A stretch of 50,358 nucleotides of DNA, from assembly GCA_051986275.1 (NCBI GenBank), contig JBPYDT010000118.1:1-50358 (forward strand), given 5' to 3'. Origin of the DNA: Acidimicrobiia bacterium (GTDB lineage: Bacteria > Actinomycetota > Acidimicrobiia > IMCC26256 > PALSA-555). Under the pieces are notes generated by a model, which was not told the DNA's origin, searched no databases, and saw only the letters and a list, made by a program, of their open reading frames with translations. Below, piece after piece: positions 21,154 to 31,078 of this stretch (within the stretch, counting starts at the first letter, position 1; every line of letters starts with the position of its first letter). Both the position numbers and the translations under genes were made by a program.

Positions 21154-22092
21154 GTGCTCGCGGCGCTCGCCGGAGGGGTAGGGGCGGCTCGCTTCCTGTG
21201 CGGGCTGGTCGACGTCGTCGACCCCGCGTCAGTCACGGCCATCGTGAACACCGGCGACGACGACGAGTTCCACGGGCTCTGGGTCTGCCCCGACCTCGAC
21301 AGCGTCACGTACGCGCTCGCCGGCGCGAACAACCCCGAGACGGGGTGGGGTCTGGCCGGCGAGTCCTTCCACACCATCGACGCGCTCGATCGTTACCGCG
21401 CCCCGACGTGGTTCCGCCTCGGCGACCGTGACCTCGCCACCCACCTGTATCGCAGCGAGCGCCGGCGCGGGGGCACGCCGCTCAGCACGATCAGCCGGGA
21501 GATCGCGGCGGCCTGGGGGGTCACGACCCGCCTCCTCCCGATGAGCGACGACCGGGTCGCGACCCGGATCACCGTCCGCGGCCCGGACGGCACCCCGAAC
21601 GAGCTCGCCATGCAGGAGTGGTTCGTGCGCGAACGGGCCGAGCCGCCCGTTCTCAGCGTGCACTTCGCGGGCGCCGACGCGGCCCGCCCGGCGCCCGGCG
21701 TCCTCGAGGCGCTCGCCACCGCCGACGCCATCGTGATCTGCCCCAGCAACCCCGTGATCTCGATCGGACCGGTCCTGGCCGTGCCCGGGATCCGCGACGC
21801 CCTGGCGGCACGGCGCGACCGCGTCGTCGCCGTCAGCCCGATCGTCGGGGGTCGCCCCGTGAAGGGCCCCGCGGACCGGCTCATGGCCCCGCTCGACATC
21901 GAGGTGTCGAGCGTCGGCGTGGCCCGCGCCTACCGGGACGTCTGCGCCACCGTCGTGATCGACCAGGTCGACGCCGACGACCGGCAGCGCATCGAGGCCC
22001 TTGGGGTGCGCGTCGTGGTCACCGACACGTTGATGCGAGACGCGCGGGTCGCCGCCGCGCTGGCGCGCGACACGCTCGCCGCAGTGGCGTGA
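21154..22092 (+). CDS. cofD: 2-phospho-L-lactate (PEP) transferase, F420 biosynthesis
   Basis: LAGGVGAARFL, VNTGDD, CPDLDSV, WFRLGDRDLATH, PSNPVISIGP, KGPAD. Confidence 0.96.
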   Translation: MLAALAGGVGAARFLCGLVDVVDPASVTAIVNTGDDDEFHGLWVCPDLDSVTYALAGANNPETGWGLAGESFHTIDALDRYRAPTWFRLGDRDLATHLYRSERRRGGTPLSTISREIAAAWGVTTRLLPMSDDRVATRITVRGPDGTPNELAMQEWFVRERAEPPVLSVHFAGADAARPAPGVLEALATADAIVICPSNPVISIGPVLAVPGIRDALAARRDRVVAVSPIVGGRPVKGPADRLMAPLDIEVSSVGVARAYRDVCATVVIDQVDADDRQRIEALGVRVVVTDTLMRDARVAAALARDTLAAVA

Positions 22093-22796
22093 CGCTCACG
22101 ATCATCCCCGTCCGGGGACTGCCCGAGGTGCGCCCCGACGACGAGCTCGCCGTCCTCGTCGACGACGCCGCCCGCGAACAGGACACGCCGCTCGCCGACG
22201 GCGACTGCCTCGTGATCACCCAGAAGGTGGTCTCGAAGGCCGAGGGTCGGCTCGTCGAGCTCGACCCCGACGACCGCGACGCTCGTCGCCGTCTCGTCGA
22301 CGCTGAGTCGGCGCGCGTGCTGCGCCGGCGCGGCGACCTGATCATCAGCGAGACGCGACACGGCTTCGTGTGCGCGAACGCCGGCGTGGACCTCTCGAAC
22401 GTCGAGGAGGGCTTGGCCGCGCTGCTCCCCGTGGACGCCGACCGCTCCGCCCGGCACATCCGGGATGCGCTGCGGGCCCGCGCCGGCGTCGATGCGGCGG
22501 TCATCGTCTCGGACACGTTCGGTCGAGCGTGGCGACACGGGCTGACCGACGTGGCCATCGGCGTCGCCGGGCTGGCCGCCGTCGTGGACCTGCGCGGCGG
22601 CGCCGACGGTCTCGGCCGAGAGCTGCAGGTGACCGAAGTCGCGGTCGCCGACGAGGTCGCGGGCGCCGCCGAGCTGGTCATGGGGAAGTCGGCGCGCGTC
22701 CCGGCGGCGATCGTCCGCGGGCTCGACCCGGCCTGGCGGCGCGACGGCTCGGTGCGCGAGCTGGTACGCGCCCCGGGCGACGACCTGTTCCGCTGA
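22089..22796 (+). CDS. cofE: Coenzyme F420-0:L-glutamate ligase
   Basis: GTG overlaps the cofD stop; GLPEV, KVVSKAEG, ANAGVDLSN, SDTFGRAWR. Confidence 0.95.
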   Translation: MTLTIIPVRGLPEVRPDDELAVLVDDAAREQDTPLADGDCLVITQKVVSKAEGRLVELDPDDRDARRRLVDAESARVLRRRGDLIISETRHGFVCANAGVDLSNVEEGLAALLPVDADRSARHIRDALRARAGVDAAVIVSDTFGRAWRHGLTDVAIGVAGLAAVVDLRGGADGLGRELQVTEVAVADEVAGAAELVMGKSARVPAAIVRGLDPAWRRDGSVRELVRAPGDDLFR

Positions 22797-23449
22797 TGTC
22801 GGCGGTCCCGGCGTTCGTCGAGGCCCGCCGCTCGATCCGGGCGTTCCGCCCCGATCCCGTGGCGCCCGCGCTGCTCGACACGCTCGTCGAGGCCGCGTGC
22901 CTTGCGCCCGCGCCCCACCACTCCCGGCCGTGGCGCTGGGTCGTGCTGGCCGACCCGACGCGGCAGGCCGCGCTCGCCGACGGCATGGGCGCCCGCTGGC
23001 GCGTCGACCTCGCGGGCGACGACGTCCCGACGCCCCGGATCGACGAGCTCGTCGCGTCGTCGCGCGCCCGGCTGGTCGGCGCCCCCGCCGCGCTGCTCGG
23101 CTGCCTGACCGACGAGGGGCTCGACCGCTACCCGGACGAGCGCCGCCAGCGCGCCGAGTGGGGCATGGCGCTGCTCGCGCTCGGCGCCGCGGTCGAGAAC
23201 CTGATGCTGACGGCGACGGACCTCGGGCTGGCGTCGTGCTGGGTCGCGGCACCGATTTTCTGCCCCGAGGAGGCGGGGGCGGCGCTCGGGCTCGACCCGA
23301 CCTGGCGACCGCACGCCCTCGTGCTCGTCGGCTACCCCGACCCGGGCTACGTGGCCCGCACCCGACCCGCGGTGGACCTCGCCACGATGCGGGCCCGCTT
23401 CGTCAGTCGCGCTGACTCTGGGACCGGAACCACTCCACGGTCCGCGTGA
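22796..23449 (+). CDS. Nitroreductase-fold protein, stand-alone equivalent of the FbiB C-terminal domain
   Basis: TGATG coupling to cofE; RRSIRAF, APAPHHSRPWRW, YPDERRQRAE, GAAVENL, GLASCW. Confidence 0.88.
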   Translation: MSAVPAFVEARRSIRAFRPDPVAPALLDTLVEAACLAPAPHHSRPWRWVVLADPTRQAALADGMGARWRVDLAGDDVPTPRIDELVASSRARLVGAPAALLGCLTDEGLDRYPDERRQRAEWGMALLALGAAVENLMLTATDLGLASCWVAAPIFCPEEAGAALGLDPTWRPHALVLVGYPDPGYVARTRPAVDLATMRARFVSRADSGTGTTPRSA

Positions 23450-24353
23450 CCCCGTCCTCGAGGGTGGTCCACGCCCGCCAGCCGAGCTGGGTGGCGGCCG
23501 CCGTCGGGTCGAGCGCCGAGCGTCGCAGCTCGCCCGGCCGGGCCGGCTGGAGCCGCGCGCGACCGCCGTAGCCCGCGGCGGCCGCGACCAGGTCGTAGAG
23601 GTCGAGCACCGACGTCTCGATCCCCGTCCCGATGTTCAGCAGCTTCCCGTCGGCGCGGTCGCTGGCCCGGACGAACGCGTCGACGGCGTCGTCGACGTAG
23701 ACATAGTCGCGGGTCTGCTCGCCGTCGCCGTAGATCGTCGGCTGCGCCTTCGCGAGCACCTTCTTCGAGAAGATCGCGACGACGCCGGCCTCACCGTCGG
23801 GGTCCTGACGCGGCCCGTAGATGTTCGCGAGCGCGAGGACCGTGAACGACAGGTTGTGCTGGTCGCGGTAGTAGTGGAGGTAGTCGGCCACCGCCAGCTT
23901 CGAGACGCCGTACGGCGAGACCGGGTGCTTGGGGTGGCTCTCGGGGGTGGGGATCGTTTTCGCGATGCCGTAGAGCGTTCCGCCCGACCCCGCGAAGACG
24001 AGCTTGCGCGTCCCGGCGTCGACCGCGCCCTGCAGCACGTGCAGCGACCCGACGATGTTGACGAGCGCGTCGTACCCGGGGTCGGCGACCGACGCGGTGA
24101 CGCTCTTCTGCGCTGCGAGGTGGTACACGATCTCGGGCTTGCGGTGCGCCATGAGTTCCTCGACGCCGCCGACGCTCACGTCGAGGCGGTGGAAGCTGCA
24201 GCGCCGGTGCCGCTGCGCCCGTGCCTCGGCGAGGTTCGGCAGCGAGCCGCTCGAGAGGTCGTCGACCACGTCGACGTCGCAGTCCTCGGCGAGCAGCCGA
24301 TCCACGAGGTTCGAGCCGATGAAGCCCGCGCCGCCCGTGACGAGGACCCTCAC
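23403..24353 (-). CDS. NAD-dependent nucleotide-sugar epimerase (UDP-glucose 4-epimerase-like)
   Basis: From GTG 24353: VLVTGGAGFIGS, HLAAQ, SGGTLYG, SPYGVSK, NIYGPRQDP. Confidence 0.9.
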   Translation of the reverse strand: MRVLVTGGAGFIGSNLVDRLLAEDCDVDVVDDLSSGSLPNLAEARAQRHRRCSFHRLDVSVGGVEELMAHRKPEIVYHLAAQKSVTASVADPGYDALVNIVGSLHVLQGAVDAGTRKLVFAGSGGTLYGIAKTIPTPESHPKHPVSPYGVSKLAVADYLHYYRDQHNLSFTVLALANIYGPRQDPDGEAGVVAIFSKKVLAKAQPTIYGDGEQTRDYVYVDDAVDAFVRASDRADGKLLNIGTGIETSVLDLYDLVAAAAGYGGRARLQPARPGELRRSALDPTAAATQLGWRAWTTLEDGVTRTVEWFRSQSQRD

Positions 24354-25465
24354 GCCGGCGCCCCCGCGTCCGCCGGCGGGACCCGCTGGCCGGCGAGCGT
24401 CGCGCCGGCGTCGACCGTCACGTTCGGCCCCACGATCGACGCGTCCTCGACGGTCGCGCCCGCGCCGACCACCGCGCCGGCTCCGACGATCGACGCGCGC
24501 ACGGTCGCGCCCGGCCCGATCGTGGCGCCGACGTGGACGACCGAGTCGGCGACCGTGGCGTGGGCGCCGACCCGCACGCCGGCGCCGAGCACGGAGCTCA
24601 CGACGTGGGCGCTCGGGTCGACCTCGTGGCGCTCCCCCACCAGCGCCGGCGCGGTGACGCCCGACGGCGCCGGTCCGGGGCCCTGCACCCACACCCCCGG
24701 CTTCACCTCGCGGGCGCCCGGCGCGGGCGGCGTCCCCAGCCGGCCCGCGAGCAGGTCGGCGTGCGCCTGCAGGTACTGGGCGACGGCGCCGACGTCGATC
24801 CAGTACGCGTCGCTCGGCAGCGCGTAGAGGCCGCCCCCGTTCTCGAGGATGGCCGGAAACGTCTCGAACTCGATCGACACGGGCCGCTCGGGCGCGATCC
24901 GCTCGAGCACGCTCGGCTCGAGCACGTAGGTCCCGGCGTTGATCCAGCGCGTCGGCTCGGTCCCGGGCGCCGGCTTCTCGACGAAGGCGACGACCCGACC
25001 CCGGTCGTCCGTCGGCACGACGCCGAAGCGCGATGGCTCGTCGACGGCGGCGAGGTGGATCGTCGCCTCGGCGCCGCGCTGGTCGTGGAACGCGATGAGC
25101 GCGCCGAGGTCGAGGCCCGTGAGCACGTCGCCGTTGCACACGACGAAGCGCTCGCGGACGCCGAGCTGCTCGGCGGCGAAGCGCACCGCCCCCGCGGTGC
25201 CGAGCGGCGTCGGCTCCGGCGCGTAGCGCAGCCGCACCTCCCGCCCGTCGGGGTCGGTGAACGTCCCCTCGGGGTACCGCTCGACGAAGGCGTCCGGCAG
25301 GTAGCCGAGGGACAGGCCGACCTCGTCCACGCCGTGGGCCGCGAGCCAGCCGAGCTGGCGATCGAGGAACACCTGGTTGACCACCGGCAGCAGCGGCTTG
25401 GGGGTCTCGAAGGTCAAGGGCCGGAGGCGGGTGCCCTCGCCGCCCACCAGCACGACCGCCCTCAT
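24350..25465 (-). CDS. manC: NDP-sugar synthase, probable mannose-1-phosphate guanylyltransferase
   Basis: VLVGGEGTRLRPLT, PKPL, NGDVL, FVEKP, INAGTY, C-terminal hexapeptide repeats. Confidence 0.85.
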   Translation of the reverse strand: MRAVVLVGGEGTRLRPLTFETPKPLLPVVNQVFLDRQLGWLAAHGVDEVGLSLGYLPDAFVERYPEGTFTDPDGREVRLRYAPEPTPLGTAGAVRFAAEQLGVRERFVVCNGDVLTGLDLGALIAFHDQRGAEATIHLAAVDEPSRFGVVPTDDRGRVVAFVEKPAPGTEPTRWINAGTYVLEPSVLERIAPERPVSIEFETFPAILENGGGLYALPSDAYWIDVGAVAQYLQAHADLLAGRLGTPPAPGAREVKPGVWVQGPGPAPSGVTAPALVGERHEVDPSAHVVSSVLGAGVRVGAHATVADSVVHVGATIGPGATVRASIVGAGAVVGAGATVEDASIVGPNVTVDAGATLAGQRVPPADAGAPA

Positions 25466-25552
25466 GGCCGGACGCGGCGACGGGCACGGCGCGCGCGGGC
25501 CATGCCGGAGGCTACCTGGGGCCACGCGGCGCGGGCCGGCTCGGCGCGCGTC

Positions 25553-26491
25553 TCAGGCGTCGGCCGCGCAGCGATACGACTCGTACGTCAGCTCGACGCC
25601 GGTCCGCAGCGGGACCTGCGGTGACCAGCCGAGCACGTCCCGCGCCTGGCTGATGTCCGGGCAGCGTCGCGTCGGGTCGTCTTCCGGCAGGTCGACGAAG
25701 CGCAGCTTGGACTGCGAGCCGGTGACCTCGAGGACGAGCTCGGCGAGCTCGACGATCGTGTGCTCCTCGGGATTCCCGATGTTCATCGGCCCGACCCAGT
25801 CGGAGGCGAGCAGCGCGAGGATCCCGCGGACCTCGTCGGCGACGTAGCAGAAGGATCGGGTCTGTTCGCCGGTCCCGTAGACGGTGAGCGGCTCCCCCGC
25901 CATCGCCTGGGCGAGGAAGTTCGACACCACCCGGCCGTCACCCGGGGCGAGGCCCGGCCCGAAGGTGTTGAAGATGCGCACGATCTTCGTGTCGACGCCG
26001 TGCGTGCGGTGGTACGCCATCGTGAGCGCCTCGGCGTAGCGCTTCGCCTCGTCGTAGACGGCCCGGGGACCGACCGGGTTCACGTGGCCCCAGTAGCTCT
26101 CGCGCTGGGGGTGCTCGAGCGGGTCGCCGTAGATCTCGCTCGTGGATGCCAGCAGGAACCGGGCGCGGTGCGCCCGGGCCATCTCCAGCGCGTTGCGGGT
26201 GCCCTCCGAGCCGGCGCGCAGCGTCTCGACCGGCCGGGCGAGGTACCGCGGGACGCTCGCCGCGCTCGCGAGGTGCAGCACCGCGTCGACCGGCCCGGTG
26301 ACGGGGATCCCCTCGACGACGTCGTGCTCCAGCAGCGTGAACTTGGGGTCATCGAGCAGGTCGGCGACCTGGTCACGGCTGCCCGTCGAGAGGTCGTCGA
26401 CCGCGATGACGTCGTGCCCCGCCTCGCGCAACGCGCGACAGAGGTGCCCGCCGACGAACCCGGCGCCACCCGTGACGACGGTGCGGGGCAT
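25553..26491 (-). CDS. UDP-glucuronic acid decarboxylase (UDP-xylose synthase) family
   Basis: ATG coupled to the ugd stop; [48 protein letters not shown]. Confidence 0.9.
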   Translation of the reverse strand: MPRTVVTGGAGFVGGHLCRALREAGHDVIAVDDLSTGSRDQVADLLDDPKFTLLEHDVVEGIPVTGPVDAVLHLASAASVPRYLARPVETLRAGSEGTRNALEMARAHRARFLLASTSEIYGDPLEHPQRESYWGHVNPVGPRAVYDEAKRYAEALTMAYHRTHGVDTKIVRIFNTFGPGLAPGDGRVVSNFLAQAMAGEPLTVYGTGEQTRSFCYVADEVRGILALLASDWVGPMNIGNPEEHTIVELAELVLEVTGSQSKLRFVDLPEDDPTRRCPDISQARDVLGWSPQVPLRTGVELTYESYRCAADA

Positions 26492-27783
26492 CAGCGCCCG
26501 ATGCCGCGGTAGGCGAAGCCCAAGTGGCGCATCGCGGCGGGGTCGAGGACGTTCCGCGCGTCGACGATCGACCGGCCGGGAAGCAGGCTCGCGACCCGCT
26601 CGTAGTCGAGCCACCGGAACTCGTCCCACTCGGTGAGCACGCAGAGCACGTCCGCACCGACGCACGCCTCGTACGGGTCCGCGACGACCTCCAGGCCAGG
26701 GACGAGGCGGCCGGCGGCCTCGCCCGCCGCGGGGTCGTAGCCCCGGACGAGGGCGCCCGCGCCGAGAAGTCGGCGGGCGATGTCGATCGCCGGCGAGTCG
26801 CGCAGGTCGTTGGTGTTGGCCTTGAACGTCAGGCCCCACACCGCCACCGCGCGCCCCGCGAGGTCGCCCCCCGCCGCGTCCGCCACCTTCGCGACGACCC
26901 GGTCACGCTGCTCGCGGTTCGTGTCGATGATCGCCGAGAGGATCGGGAAGGCGTCGCCGACGCGCGCCGCGGTGCGGGCCAGCGCGGCGGTGTCCTTCGG
27001 GAAGCAGGAGCCGCCCCATCCCGGCCCGGGGTGGAGGAACTCGAAGCCGATCCGGGGGTCGTACCCCATGCCGAGCGTGACCTCGCGCACGTCGGCGTTC
27101 ACCGCCTCGCAGAGGTTCGCGATCGCGTTCACGAAGGACACCTTCGCCGCGAGGAAGGCGTTCGAGGCGTACTTGATCATCTCGGCCGACGCCGTGTTCG
27201 TCACCAGCATCGGGCCCTGCACGTCGCGGTAGAGGTCCGAGACGCGGACGGCGACGGTCGGATCATCGGCGCCGATCACGACCCGCGCGGGCGACAGGAA
27301 GTCGCGGACGGCGGTGCCCTCGCGCAGGAACTCGGGGTTCGACGCGACGCCGACGTCGGGCGCGGCGCCCGAGGCCCGCAGCAGCCGACCGACGTGGCCG
27401 CTCGACCCGACGGGCATCGTCGACTTGTTGACCAGCACGGCACCGGGGGGCAGCGCGACCGCGAGCTCGCGCACGACCGCCTCGACGATCGACAGGTCGG
27501 CGTCCCCGTCGGCGCCTTCCGGCGTCGGGACGCACAGGAACACGAACTCGGCGTCGGCGGCGGCCTGGGCGGCTCCCACGACGAAGCGGAGGCGCCGCGT
27601 GGCGAGGCCCTCGGCCACGAGCTCGGGGAGCCCCTCCTCGAGGACGTCGACGTCACCCTTCGCGAGGCGTCGCACCTTGTCGGCGTCGATCTCGCCGACG
27701 GTGACCTCGTGCCCGAGGTGCGCGAGGCACGCGCCCGTCGTCAACCCCACGTAGCCGGCGCCGACGACGCCGACGCGGCTCAC
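26491..27783 (-). CDS. ugd: UDP-glucose/GDP-mannose dehydrogenase
   Basis: [45 protein letters not shown]. Confidence 0.93.
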   Translation of the reverse strand: MSRVGVVGAGYVGLTTGACLAHLGHEVTVGEIDADKVRRLAKGDVDVLEEGLPELVAEGLATRRLRFVVGAAQAAADAEFVFLCVPTPEGADGDADLSIVEAVVRELAVALPPGAVLVNKSTMPVGSSGHVGRLLRASGAAPDVGVASNPEFLREGTAVRDFLSPARVVIGADDPTVAVRVSDLYRDVQGPMLVTNTASAEMIKYASNAFLAAKVSFVNAIANLCEAVNADVREVTLGMGYDPRIGFEFLHPGPGWGGSCFPKDTAALARTAARVGDAFPILSAIIDTNREQRDRVVAKVADAAGGDLAGRAVAVWGLTFKANTNDLRDSPAIDIARRLLGAGALVRGYDPAAGEAAGRLVPGLEVVADPYEACVGADVLCVLTEWDEFRWLDYERVASLLPGRSIVDARNVLDPAAMRHLGFAYRGIGR

Positions 27784-27793
27784 GTCGGTCGGC

Positions 27794-29308
27794 TCACCGG
27801 CAGTATCCCTTCGCTGCCGGCGCCCCGAACTGGGCCGCGTCGACGCCCGTCCCGCTGCCGGTGGCGTACGTGTCGCCCGCGTTGTCCTGACCGTTCGGCC
27901 CCGTGGCCTGGGGCGTCCCGGCGTTCTGGCCTGTCGTGACCGCCCCGCCGCCGTTGGGGATCGTGATCGAGGAGAAGTCCTTGCCCAGCACGACCTCCAC
28001 GCCGACGCCGAGCGACGGGTCCTCGACCAGCTGCGTGTTCGGTGACAGGAACTGCAGCACCAGCTCGCCCTGGGTGATCGAGCCCGGCCGGTAGCGGACC
28101 TGCGTCGTGGCGAAGGAACCCGACACGTGGCCGATCCCGCCCGACTTGAAGCCGGCCCGCGAGACGAACTCGCTGAGCGCCGAGGTGGCGAGGCTCGGGT
28201 TCCCGCTTCCGTCGGCCACGCGCACCGTGACCTGCTTCGGCGTGAGGGTGGTGACGGACTGGCTGGTGTCGGTGCCGCTGAAGTCCCGTAGGCGGGCCAG
28301 GATCGCCTGCTCCTGCTCTCCCGGCTGCACGTACAGGACGTCCTGGCCCTGTTGCGTCGGCGGTTGGGCCGTGCCCGCGACGCCCTCCTGCCAGGGCAGC
28401 GTTTCGAACTCGAGGTGGCTGGTGTCGTTGGGGTTCACGCTGCGGAAGTCGTCGACGAGGGTGAGCACGTCATTCTTCGACAGATTCTGGTCGAAGATGA
28501 GGTCCCCGATGACCTTGTCGACGATCTGGAGCCCCGTCGCGGGGTCCTGGAGGCTGCGGGCGACGGCGATCCCGGCGAGCTCCCGGATGAACTGCTGCTG
28601 GCGGGCGATCCGCCCGATGTCGGCGGTCGGGTCGGCGAGGATCCACTGCTTCGAGACCGTGCTGTAGAACTGGAGTGTGCGCGAGCGCGCGTACGCGAGC
28701 GCTTGGGCGCCGTTCAGCTGGATGCAGCCCGGCAGCACGCCGAGTCCGCTCTCCGGGTCCCGCGCCGCGTAGGGGAAGTACACCGGCACGCTGCCGATGG
28801 CGTCCACGATCTGTTCGAAGGCCTGGAAGTCGACGAGGATGTAGTGGTTGATCGGGATGTTGAAGTTGTCCTTCAGCGTCGCGATCGTCGTGTTCGCGCC
28901 GGCCCCGAGCGCCGCGTCGATCTTCGCCATCCCGATCCCAGGAATGTTGACCCACAGATCACGCGGGAACGACACGATGAGGAGCCGCTTCTGGTTCGGC
29001 TCCACGTGCACCACCATCATCGTGTCGGAGTTGACACGGTCCTCGGTGGACTGGCTGTTGTTGACGTCGTAACACGTTCCCGGACCGGGTCGTGCGGCAC
29101 GGGGCGTGGCGCAGCCGAGGATGAGGTAGTTCGCGCCCTGCGATGGGGCCGGGGCGACGTTGACCGTCACGCGCTTCACCGAGTTGACCTTGCTGGTGAT
29201 CAGTGCGTTCACGGCCACCACGCCCACGACCATCACGGCGACGGCCACGCCGAGGGCGATGAGGTACCGCCCCGACAGGGCGCGCAGGACGGAGCGGGGA
29301 ACCTTCAT
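27794..29308 (-). CDS. LCP (LytR-CpsA-Psr) family glycopolymer ligase with LytR C-terminal domain
   Basis: N-terminal TM helix, SDTMMVV, SFPRDLWV, ALAYARSR, DIGRIARQQQF. Confidence 0.93.
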   Translation of the reverse strand: MKVPRSVLRALSGRYLIALGVAVAVMVVGVVAVNALITSKVNSVKRVTVNVAPAPSQGANYLILGCATPRAARPGPGTCYDVNNSQSTEDRVNSDTMMVVHVEPNQKRLLIVSFPRDLWVNIPGIGMAKIDAALGAGANTTIATLKDNFNIPINHYILVDFQAFEQIVDAIGSVPVYFPYAARDPESGLGVLPGCIQLNGAQALAYARSRTLQFYSTVSKQWILADPTADIGRIARQQQFIRELAGIAVARSLQDPATGLQIVDKVIGDLIFDQNLSKNDVLTLVDDFRSVNPNDTSHLEFETLPWQEGVAGTAQPPTQQGQDVLYVQPGEQEQAILARLRDFSGTDTSQSVTTLTPKQVTVRVADGSGNPSLATSALSEFVSRAGFKSGGIGHVSGSFATTQVRYRPGSITQGELVLQFLSPNTQLVEDPSLGVGVEVVLGKDFSSITIPNGGGAVTTGQNAGTPQATGPNGQDNAGDTYATGSGTGVDAAQFGAPAAKGYCR

Positions 29309-29447
29309 GTGGCGGGTCAGTGTACTGAGGAGGCACCGTCGTTCCCCACCAGGCGCCTACCCTCGGCGGCGTGTCGTCGGGCCCGCGCCGCGCCCTGCAC
29401 CGTTCCTTCACGAAACCTGAGGGCTTCTTGCGACGCGGAGTCGTTCG

Positions 29448-30287
29448 GTGACGTCGTCGGTCTGGGTGAACGGGTCGCTCGTCGCCAGCGACGCGCCCCA
29501 CCTGTCGGCGTTCGACCACGGGGTCTTGGTCGGTGACGGCGTGTTCGAGACGCTCGGCGTCTACGGGCGCGTGCCCTTCGCGTGGACACGGCACGACGCC
29601 CGGCTCCGCCGCTCGGCGGAGGGCCTCGGGCTCACGGTCCCGGACGGCGGCACGCTCCGCCAGGCCGCCGACCGCGTGCTCGACGCCAACGGGATCCGGG
29701 ACGGTCGGCTGCGCATCACCGTCACGGGCGGGCCGTCCCCGCTCGGCTCCGAGCGGGGCGACGGCCCGCCGACGGTGATCCTGGCGGCCGCACCGGCGCG
29801 GCCGCGCCGCGACCAGGAGGCGGTGGTGACCGTCCCATGGCCCCGCAACGAGCGGGGCGCGACGGCCGGCCTGAAGACCGTGTCCTACGCCGACAACGTC
29901 CGTGCCCTCGCCCTCGCTCACGAGCGCGGCGCGACCGAGGCCGTGTTCGCCAACACCCGCGGCGAGCTCTGCGAGGCCACCGGCTCCAACGTGTTCGTCG
30001 CCGTCGACGGGGTCGTGTGCACCCCGCCGCCCGCCGCGGGGTGCCTCCTCGGCGTGACTCGGGCGCTCGTGCTCGAGCTCGGACCCAGCGCCGGCGTACC
30101 CGTTGAAGAGCGCACGCTGCCGCTCGAGGCGCTCGCCGCCTCCGAGGAGGCGTTTCTCACGTCGAGCACGCGGGAGGTCGTGGCCATCGCCGCGGTCGAC
30201 GAGACCCGTCTCGCCGCGCCCGGACCGCACACACGCACCTTGGCGCGGGCGTTCAGCGAGCTGGTGGCGTCGAACCTCGATCCGTGA
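29448..30287 (+). CDS. Class IV aminotransferase (branched-chain/aminodeoxychorismate lyase-like)
   Basis: FDHGVLVGDGVFET, LKTVSYADN, EATGSNVF, LLGVTR, EAFLTSS. Confidence 0.92.
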   Translation: MTSSVWVNGSLVASDAPHLSAFDHGVLVGDGVFETLGVYGRVPFAWTRHDARLRRSAEGLGLTVPDGGTLRQAADRVLDANGIRDGRLRITVTGGPSPLGSERGDGPPTVILAAAPARPRRDQEAVVTVPWPRNERGATAGLKTVSYADNVRALALAHERGATEAVFANTRGELCEATGSNVFVAVDGVVCTPPPAAGCLLGVTRALVLELGPSAGVPVEERTLPLEALAASEEAFLTSSTREVVAIAAVDETRLAAPGPHTRTLARAFSELVASNLDP

Positions 30288-31032
30288 CGGGGCGGAGGTG
30301 CACGACGTCGCCGACGGCGACGACCGTGGGTCCACCGCTCGCCGGCTGCACCACCAAGCGCCCTGCCGCGTCGACGTCGGTGGCGACCCCCTCCAGCGCG
30401 CCGTCGGCGAGCTCGATGCGGACGGTGCGCCCGATCGTCGAGAGGCGGGTTCGGTAGTCGGTCGGAACGTCGTCGAGCGCGTCGAGGCGCGCCGCGAGCG
30501 AACTGAGGAGCGCGTCGAGCAACGAGCCCCGGTCGACGTCGCGGCCGGCCTCGAGGGCGCACGAGGTCGCGGTGTCGGCGAGCTCGGGCGGGAAGTCGAC
30601 CCATCCGACGTTGCAGCCGATCCCGACGACGATGCGCTGCACCGTCCCGCCGCGCACGTCCGCCTCGGCGAGCAGACCCGCGAGCTTGCGGTCTTCGACG
30701 ACGAGGTCGTTCGGCCACTTGAGCGCGGCCTCCACACCCGCGACCTTCGACACCGCGGCCTGCAGCGCCAGGGCCGCCGCCATCGTGAGCACATGCGCGT
30801 CGCGGGTAGCGGGTGGCGCGAGCAGCACAGACACGAGCAGCGACGACCCGGCGGGTGCGGTCCACGTGCGGCCGCGGCGCCCGCGACCGGCGTGCTGATG
30901 GTCGGCGACGACGACGAGACCCGGCGGCTCCCCGGCTCGGGCCGCGTCGAGCGCGTAGCGGTTGGTGGAATCGATGTCCTCGAAGCGACGGACTCGCCAG
31001 CGCACGTCCCGGGTGGCGGGCGGATCGCCCAT
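30253..31032 (-). CDS. birA: Biotin-protein ligase (no HTH domain)
   Basis: IDSTN, QHAGRGRRGRTW, LKWPND, KLAGLL, GDVVHLR. Confidence 0.95.
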   Translation of the reverse strand: MGDPPATRDVRWRVRRFEDIDSTNRYALDAARAGEPPGLVVVADHQHAGRGRRGRTWTAPAGSSLLVSVLLAPPATRDAHVLTMAAALALQAAVSKVAGVEAALKWPNDLVVEDRKLAGLLAEADVRGGTVQRIVVGIGCNVGWVDFPPELADTATSCALEAGRDVDRGSLLDALLSSLAARLDALDDVPTDYRTRLSTIGRTVRIELADGALEGVATDVDAAGRLVVQPASGGPTVVAVGDVVHLRPVTDRGSTPPAR

Positions 31033-31078
31033 CGCCCGTAGGATACGGCGGCTTACTCACCGGACGTCTCGAGACCCT

